Below, one piece after another: positions 47,735 through 53,551 of a stretch of 53,551 nucleotides of DNA. A program made the position numbers and the translations under genes. Below the pieces are notes generated by a model. That model saw only the letters and a list, made by a program, of their open reading frames with translations. It did no database searches and was not told the origin of the DNA. The DNA is from Candidatus Hermodarchaeota archaeon (GTDB lineage: Archaea; Asgardarchaeota; Hermodarchaeia; Hermodarchaeales; Hermodarchaeaceae). Numbering within the stretch: position 1 is the first letter of the stretch; each line of letters begins with the position of its first letter. The stretch is taken from contig JAEOTB010000055.1 of NCBI GenBank assembly GCA_016840065.1, positions 1 to 53,551 on the forward strand, in the 5' to 3' direction.

Positions 47735-48421
47735 TTGAATGGTAGTAGCCCGATTGTGAGTTTCGTTGATGTTACAAAGACCTTTGAAACACAAGAAGGT
47801 CCTGTCCATGCCCTTGAAAACATCACACTAGATGTTCAGTCAGGTGAATACCTCGCCATAGTTGGACCTTCGGGTTCCGGGAAGACGACTTTACTTAACC
47901 TTGCTGGGAGCCTTGATTATCCTAGTTCAGGGACTGTTTTCTTTCGTGGGCAAAACTTGGCGGAATTATCGCGGAGAGAAATGGCTGCGCTTCGACGACA
48001 CGAGATGGGTTTTGTATTTCAGACATGGAATCTAGTCAAAGAGCTTTCCGCGCTAGATAACATCCGATTGCCGATGGCCTTTGCAAGAGTTCCTAAACAA
48101 GAACAGATCACCAGGGCGGTTGAGCTTCTTGAACTTGTAGATTTAGCCGATAGGAAAGACCATCCTCCAGACCAGTTGAGTGGAGGGCAGCAGCAGCGTG
48201 TGGCCATCGCTCGGGCTTTAGCAAATAAGCCCAGGTTACTACTCGCTGATGAACCAACCGGAAATCTTGACGAAGAAACAGCGCAGACAATTATTAATCT
48301 ACTACGTCAGTTGAACCAGACAGAAAACGTTACTGTACTCTGTGCAACTCACGACCTCACACTCGCAGATGTAGCAGACCGAAGTGTGCGAATAGTAGAA
48401 GGTCGATTGCAGAAAGAATAA
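47735..48421 (+). CDS. ABC transporter ATP-binding protein (LolD/MacB-like)
   Basis: [42 protein letters not shown]. The start is uncertain; the ORF track gives 47705. Confidence 0.92.
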   Translation: MNGSSPIVSFVDVTKTFETQEGPVHALENITLDVQSGEYLAIVGPSGSGKTTLLNLAGSLDYPSSGTVFFRGQNLAELSRREMAALRRHEMGFVFQTWNLVKELSALDNIRLPMAFARVPKQEQITRAVELLELVDLADRKDHPPDQLSGGQQQRVAIARALANKPRLLLADEPTGNLDEETAQTIINLLRQLNQTENVTVLCATHDLTLADVADRSVRIVEGRLQKE

Positions 48422-48559
48422 TGAATTTCATTTAGGAAAGAACATGCTGAATACCTGTGTCCTAGACAAAGCATAAGAGGAGGAAGTTATTTCAATATTC
48501 TCGACTAAGAGATAACGGGATTCTAGTCTTGAAGGGATTGTAGTCTAAGGTGCGCAGTT

Positions 48560-50716
48560 ATGCATAGTACCACTACTGAGAGTGAGGCAGTTGAACCGGT
48601 TTTCCCAACCTTGAAAATCGAGAACAAAGTCCTGGTTGTTAAGGGGAAAACTCTACCATTGTACAGTGGAGGTTTTGAATATTGGAGATTAGAGCGTCAA
48701 AGGTGGAAGATGTTGCTGGAGCGAATCCAGAGGCTTGGATTTCGCATAATCTCCACAAGCCTGCCATGGAGTATTCACGAAGTAAGTCCCGGTAATTTTG
48801 ACTTCGGCACACTAGATGAACGCAGAGACCTCGATTCCTTTCTTACACTCTGCAATGAACAAGATGTTCAAGTCCTTATCCGCCCGGGCCCAGGTATCAA
48901 TGTTGAACTCGCAAACTTTGGTTTTCCTGATTGGGTTGTCAAAGATCCGGCGATTCAAGCTAGGTCCGCACAGGATACACCGGTGGTAATCCCCGCTGGA
49001 CCTTCGCCCTTTCCCTTTCCGAGTTATGCTAGCACGAAATTTCATGAACTTGTCAGTAATTATCTTGACATTCTCTGCCCCTACTTAAAGCGACACATTT
49101 CAACAGATGGACCAATCATTGGTCTCCAGATTGATAATGAATTATCTATTCCCTTTATGAACGGGCCATTCAACGCCGACTACTCTCCAGGAAGTATACG
49201 TTGGTATCACGACTTCCTTCAGAAGAAATACGAAAATGTAGAGATGTTAAATGAGGCTCATCGAACGCGATGCTCATCCTTCGAACAGGTAACCCCTCCC
49301 CGGGCATTAATCGATAGGGAGCGAGAAGCCTTACCTCGTTACCTTGACTGGGTTGAATTTCAGGAGTACTACATCTCCCGAGCCCTCAACAAGATTACGA
49401 GTCTTTTTTGGGTTAGAGAGATTCGGGGCATTTTTACTTTTCATAACACGCGCAATGCTACCCCGAAACTGCCCCTCAACGTCATTCAAGTTGAGAGAGA
49501 GCTAGATATCCAAGGCGCGGGACTCTACTTGGGATGTAAGCAATATGAGCAGATAAGGAAAGGCGCCCTCTATCTGGGTGCTACCAGCCGTCTACCTTTC
49601 CTTGTAGAGGCGGGCATGGGCATTTGGCCTTGGGGTCCCCCGCTCAACCCTGAGGATCAGCAGTATGCTCTACTCGTGGGGTTGATGCACGGATTTCGCG
49701 GTTTCAACATTCAGATGCTGGTGGAGAGAGACTTCTGGTTAGGAAGCCCCATTTCACGTCTAGGACAACGGCGAGACAAGCTCTATCCCTTCCTGAATCG
49801 ACTTCTTGATGTCCTTGAAACCATCCAATTCTCATCTCTTTCAAGACCCGTGAATATTCTACTCTTGCACAATCTCGAATGTGAGCGATTGCAGGCTGTA
49901 GCAGGGAGTGCAAACTATGTTACTGATTTTCTTGGAATTCCCCCTGAACTGCTTGTAAGCGAAAACAGCTTCAATTTCACTAATACGATACAGCAAGCCT
50001 ACCCCACCTTCTGGGAAGCCCTATACATGGGACTATCACGGACAAAGATACCATTCCAAATAGGTGATACAAATCTAAACCTAGAGGACCTCTCTAAATA
50101 CAAGGTGATATTTCTCCCCACCTATGATTTTATGTCCGAGCAGCTTCAAGAAAAAATCTTGAATTATGTGGAGCAGGGTGGGACAGCAATCATCGGACCA
50201 GAAATTCCCTTCCTGGGTACAGACATGCGAACCTGCGATAGAATATCAGAAACCTGTAAATTAAGTGTTCAGAGTCCACGTCGTCCATTAATAGGCTTCT
50301 CCAGCATCCTTCGCATCGTAAAGAATGAAGTTAAGGTTGGCAGACGTACAGTTGGAATGGTGGCAAGCCATGGAAAGGGAAAAATCGTTTACCTAGGAAT
50401 CTCATTCCCAATCATCGATAACCGAGGGGATGCTGTTGAAATTGGGGAGATGCTCACATACATCTTACAGTATTTCGGTCAGCACCCCCAAGGAGACACA
50501 AAGTCACCCTCCGTTGATGAAGTCTTCCTGGGAATACGAGGGACACGCGTCATTTTTCTTTCAAATTCGACTAATCAACCTCAGAGCATAGGGATTCAAG
50601 TATCACAGAGAATCAAGTTTAACGATGCTTGGACTGGTGAGCAATTGGAGGGTCGAGGTTCTCGAGAAATTCCGTTGCCGCCATACGGCATTCGTATTCT
50701 GGAGGTGAGAAGATGA
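48560..50716 (+). CDS. GH35/GH42-type beta-galactosidase-like glycoside hydrolase
   Basis: SGGFEYWR, PWSIHE..PGNFDF, IRPGP.IN.E..NFGFPDW, acid/base QIDNE, nucleophile LVE, trimerisation-like C-terminal domain. Confidence 0.88.
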   Translation: MHSTTTESEAVEPVFPTLKIENKVLVVKGKTLPLYSGGFEYWRLERQRWKMLLERIQRLGFRIISTSLPWSIHEVSPGNFDFGTLDERRDLDSFLTLCNEQDVQVLIRPGPGINVELANFGFPDWVVKDPAIQARSAQDTPVVIPAGPSPFPFPSYASTKFHELVSNYLDILCPYLKRHISTDGPIIGLQIDNELSIPFMNGPFNADYSPGSIRWYHDFLQKKYENVEMLNEAHRTRCSSFEQVTPPRALIDREREALPRYLDWVEFQEYYISRALNKITSLFWVREIRGIFTFHNTRNATPKLPLNVIQVERELDIQGAGLYLGCKQYEQIRKGALYLGATSRLPFLVEAGMGIWPWGPPLNPEDQQYALLVGLMHGFRGFNIQMLVERDFWLGSPISRLGQRRDKLYPFLNRLLDVLETIQFSSLSRPVNILLLHNLECERLQAVAGSANYVTDFLGIPPELLVSENSFNFTNTIQQAYPTFWEALYMGLSRTKIPFQIGDTNLNLEDLSKYKVIFLPTYDFMSEQLQEKILNYVEQGGTAIIGPEIPFLGTDMRTCDRISETCKLSVQSPRRPLIGFSSILRIVKNEVKVGRRTVGMVASHGKGKIVYLGISFPIIDNRGDAVEIGEMLTYILQYFGQHPQGDTKSPSVDEVFLGIRGTRVIFLSNSTNQPQSIGIQVSQRIKFNDAWTGEQLEGRGSREIPLPPYGIRILEVRR

Positions 50717-51507
50717 GAGGAATCAGTAAAGACCTCATCTTCAACGATGTAGACAGTAAACAGTACTTGAACCTCCTTTCTGCCCTACCCCTATTCCGAG
50801 TTGAACGAGGAATACTAACACTGCTCTACAGTGAGCGAAGTGAGAAAATTCTCAATGCTATTCACTCCCGCTATGGCCTGTGGTCTGATGTAACACTACA
50901 ATTCACAAATCCCAGTGACATCGCAAAACAATTGAAGGAAAAGGAGAGCGTTGACGCTGTAATCCTCTTGGAGGAAAGGCTAGCTGGTTTTCTTCTATCA
51001 AAGATGCAAGCTGGCTATACCTCTAAAATGGACATCATCAACTATCTCAAGATAGCTCAAGAAACACTACAAGAGATGCAAGGAAAATGGTTTCATGTTG
51101 AGCCCCTTGAGTTTTGGACTCAGAACGTTTTAGCACTAGTCGGGAAAGCTCAAAACCTTCTGAACTCCCTACCAGATGGTCTGTCTCTTCTTGTTGTCTT
51201 TAGCGGTGATGAAATCTGGACAAGCCTTCTGGCCCAGAAAACAAAGGGAAAGTTAACTAGAATAACCACAATCTCCATACCTGAAATTCAGAGACTCAGA
51301 ATCAGCGATTGGCGAAGTGAATACAAACAGATACTAGAGCAGGTTAAGGAGAAGTTTGGTAAGGTATCCTTTGGCCTGTTCATGGATTCTGAAACCTTCA
51401 AGTTCCTTTTGAGAAGCAATCGTCCGCAGGAGTTCCTTCAAAAGGCTCGCCGAGAAGAACAGATAATCATCAACCCAACCCCGACTCTTTTCACCTTTCG
51501 CATGTGA
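50713..51507 (+). CDS. Hypothetical protein coupled to the glycosidase
   Basis: ATGA 4-nt overlap and GGAGGTGA RBS inside the upstream gene. Confidence 0.75.
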   Translation: MRGISKDLIFNDVDSKQYLNLLSALPLFRVERGILTLLYSERSEKILNAIHSRYGLWSDVTLQFTNPSDIAKQLKEKESVDAVILLEERLAGFLLSKMQAGYTSKMDIINYLKIAQETLQEMQGKWFHVEPLEFWTQNVLALVGKAQNLLNSLPDGLSLLVVFSGDEIWTSLLAQKTKGKLTRITTISIPEIQRLRISDWRSEYKQILEQVKEKFGKVSFGLFMDSETFKFLLRSNRPQEFLQKARREEQIIINPTPTLFTFRM

Positions 51508-51535
51508 ACCTAGCTGTAGTGTCAGTAGGAGTTCA

Positions 51536-52066
51536 CTAGCCATTCATGGCGGCACCGCAGACAGCACAGTACCGATCGTCTGAGTCGCCCATAGCGTTAC
51601 AGGAGCGGCACACCACCCTCCGGGCGTAAGGTTCGGTAGATGGGCCTCGTGGATGCCATACAGGTTGGGGAGTGGTTCTTGGAATGCCGCCAGTATCTCT
51701 GTTTTCGTTGAGAGCGAGAATTCCTGCTATCAGCGCGAACAGACCACCCAGAGCGACGAAACCTATGATACCGAAAAATATCCAGAGGATACCTGTTGAA
51801 CGGAGATTATTCTGAACGGATGAACGTGTAGCTAGAACTACAACACCTGTTATGAGCCCAAGAATACCGATAACCGCGACGATGATGAGCCTTCTCAAGG
51901 CTTGTAGATAATAACTGTGAGCCCAAGGTTGCCACATGGCTAACATTTGATAGAATTGAACATCCCACCACATGGAGGATGCATAGTTGGCACAGCCCAG
52001 GGCGCAAAGTAAACAGATAATTCCTGAGGCTAGAGCAAGGCCCTTTATTGATGAAAGTCTACTCAA
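51536..52066 (-). CDS. Membrane protein with C-terminal zinc ribbon
   Basis: Three to four TM helices, Pro-rich linker, CRSC...YCAVCGA. Confidence 0.8.
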   Translation of the reverse strand: MSRLSSIKGLALASGIICLLCALGCANYASSMWWDVQFYQMLAMWQPWAHSYYLQALRRLIIVAVIGILGLITGVVVLATRSSVQNNLRSTGILWIFFGIIGFVALGGLFALIAGILALNENRDTGGIPRTTPQPVWHPRGPSTEPYARRVVCRSCNAMGDSDDRYCAVCGAAMNG

Positions 52067-52144
52067 ACATATTCCCTCAAATTGTCAGTTACTCAATCGG
52101 AGTTCTCCATTTCTTCGCCTAAAAGTGTTATCAATCAGACCTGT

Positions 52145-52708
52145 TCATCCCCTCTTTGATGAGCCGCAGTTCACGCAGAATCGGTCATCAGGTTCCAATG
52201 GGCTACCACAGGAGGGACAGAATGAAGGGTCTTGAATTCGTGGGGATTCTTCCTCATGTACCGTTGGTTGTGTTCTTGGGACTGGGCCTGAAGTAGGAGG
52301 TCCCTGACGATCCCAGCGCTTCCAGCGTCGACTTGGGTCAGAGAGATGCCTTTGCTGGATTCGACGTCTACGTTTGCGTCGGTTATGGTGCTCTACTATT
52401 GAAAGAATCCCAGCAATGAGTATTAGTATTCCAGCGAGAGGCATAACGACGAAGCCGCTGGCAATTGAGCTAAGGATTAACCAGGTGATTCCAACTCCTA
52501 GTGGATTACTCCGTGCGAGGATTAAGAGCATCAAGGTCAACGCCGAAATAACAATTCCAACAACGGCGAAGAACGGTCGATATAAAGAAGACGAGATAAA
52601 TAGACCGAAGGATATGGGTGATAGGTTCAAGAAGGAAAGTGAACTCATTACCAGACCAAGAAGCCCACCGAAAAAGGCAAGTAAACTTGCAGTACTATTA
52701 TCACTCAG
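52145..52708 (-). CDS. Membrane protein with C-terminal zinc ribbon (paralog-like)
   Basis: TM helices, Arg/Pro linker, FCPSCG...RFCVNCG. The frame extends 20 codons upstream of the ORF-track ATG (52648) to a CTG preceded by GAGGGA. Confidence 0.75.
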   Translation of the reverse strand: MSDNSTASLLAFFGGLLGLVMSSLSFLNLSPISFGLFISSSLYRPFFAVVGIVISALTLMLLILARSNPLGVGITWLILSSIASGFVVMPLAGILILIAGILSIVEHHNRRKRRRRIQQRHLSDPSRRWKRWDRQGPPTSGPVPRTQPTVHEEESPRIQDPSFCPSCGSPLEPDDRFCVNCGSSKRG

Positions 52709-52814
52709 ATATTGTCCCTCTTTATTCTCCCATCATATTGGGAATAAAAACTTTACCAAAATTGTCTCAACTTCGCGATTGACCACGTGATTATTTCTGA
52801 TTAAACTTCTTTGG

Positions 52815-52864
52815 AAAAAAAGGAGGGTGCTTCCTTCACACAGATTCTGGTTATGGGAAGCACC
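52815..52864 (-). terminator. Hairpin plus U-tract terminator after the ARPP-1-like gene
   Basis: ggtgcttcc (52826-52834) pairs with ggaagcacc (52856-52864). A7 at 52815-52821 reads as U7 on the minus strand. Confidence 0.6.
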
Positions 52865-52915
52865 TTTTGAATGCAATTATAGAGCTTTAGTTACGCAGAT
52901 TTCTAGCCAGCTTGC

Positions 52916-53551
52916 TTAGAAGTGAGACATGCAGTAATGGACTGGTTTGCGTCGTTTGTCCCACAGCGCGTTCATGGATTGCTTTTCGCTGTGATATGTG
53001 CCAGCTGTTCCATCGACTTGGAGTTGGATGCCTAGACTACGTAGTTGCTTGAGCACCTCTTTCTGGAGCTTAGTAAGGGTCCTCTTGGGAGTTGCCTTCT
53101 CTGCGGCAATCTCTGAGGCGAACCGTGCTGTGAGCTTATCATGGAGTTCCCGGTAGGTCTCTACGCTGTCGAAGACCTCAATGGACATCAACTTACCTTC
53201 ACTGATAACTGCTAGCCCGACCTGGCGGTCCTGCGGCTTCACCTTGGAGAGCTCCTCACGCATCTTGCTAGCGGCCATGGCTTGAACATCGCTGTGCCGA
53301 GTGGAAGACTCACCAGCTGCAATGACCGGCTTACCACGGTAGCTCTTGGATTTCATCTCTTCTCGGTGCCGGCGAACCTTGTCCCAGACTGCGCCTTGAT
53401 CAGCGGTTCTGACTCCCTATGTGAGAGCGCGTACCTTTGGGGATGCTACACCGTAATGTGCTTCGTCTGTCATTATTCCATGACCAGCACTGATGGGGTG
53501 GACATCGTGGGTACAGCGGCAGGGGATTTCCATCTTTGATTTGGCTGGAAC
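52916..53551 (-). pseudogene. ARPP-1 (DUF6569)-like gene, 5'-truncated by the window edge and interrupted by one in-frame TAG
   Basis: One frame from the edge reads VPAKSKMEIPCRC...ASPKVRALT*GVRTADQGAVWDKV...QVGLAVISEGKLMSIEVFDS. The TAG is at 53417-53419. Confidence 0.6.

Noticed and set aside
52815-52864. Hairpin as a SECIS-like recoding element for the upstream in-frame stop
   Set aside because: The interrupting codon is TAG rather than TGA, no SECIS core is evident, and the following U-tract fits a terminator.
1-53551. Genome-wide TAG recoding
   Set aside because: CinA (14342), M24 (21757), the UroD-like gene (26237) and M42 (46817) all end at TAG at the expected family length. Readthrough would fuse M42 to an unrelated PNPOx gene.
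1-53551. CRISPR array, tRNA/rRNA, transposase or integrase
   Set aside because: No repeat-spacer pattern, cloverleaf or recombinase motif was seen by eye. The 44281 repeats are 10 bp with no spacers.

Overview
A gene-dense archaeal chromosomal window, most consistent with an Asgard archaeon. The evidence is BRE-TATA promoters, GGAGGTGA-type ribosome-binding sites, a Rab-like GTPase, longin/DENN-like and RING-like proteins, and secreted proteins with C-terminal membrane anchors. No rRNA, tRNA, CRISPR array or recognisable mobile element was seen. Housekeeping content includes AlkA, a DtxR-feoB iron-uptake operon with an operator palindrome, CinA/PncC, an ASKHA corrinoid activator, MFS and ArsB/NhaD transporters, SerB, UbiA, carbamate kinase, a PPP phosphatase, four peptidases (M1, M24, M28, M42) and a GH35/42 glycosidase. 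The best candidate for an undescribed system is the minus-strand cluster at 40.7-45.6 kb: a longin+DENN-like protein, a small Cys-rich protein, an ExeA-like AAA ATPase with a winged helix, a Rab-like GTPase and a helical protein. The spacer between its first two genes carries 10-bp-periodic repeats. Also notable are three tandem membrane-anchored ZnF+RING-like proteins, an FeoB with poly-Arg insertions followed by an unannotated 7-Cys microprotein, paired inactive KaiC-like proteins, a pseudo-histidine kinase and an in-frame TAG in the terminal ARPP-1-like gene. All family calls come from reading motifs by eye; no searches were run.
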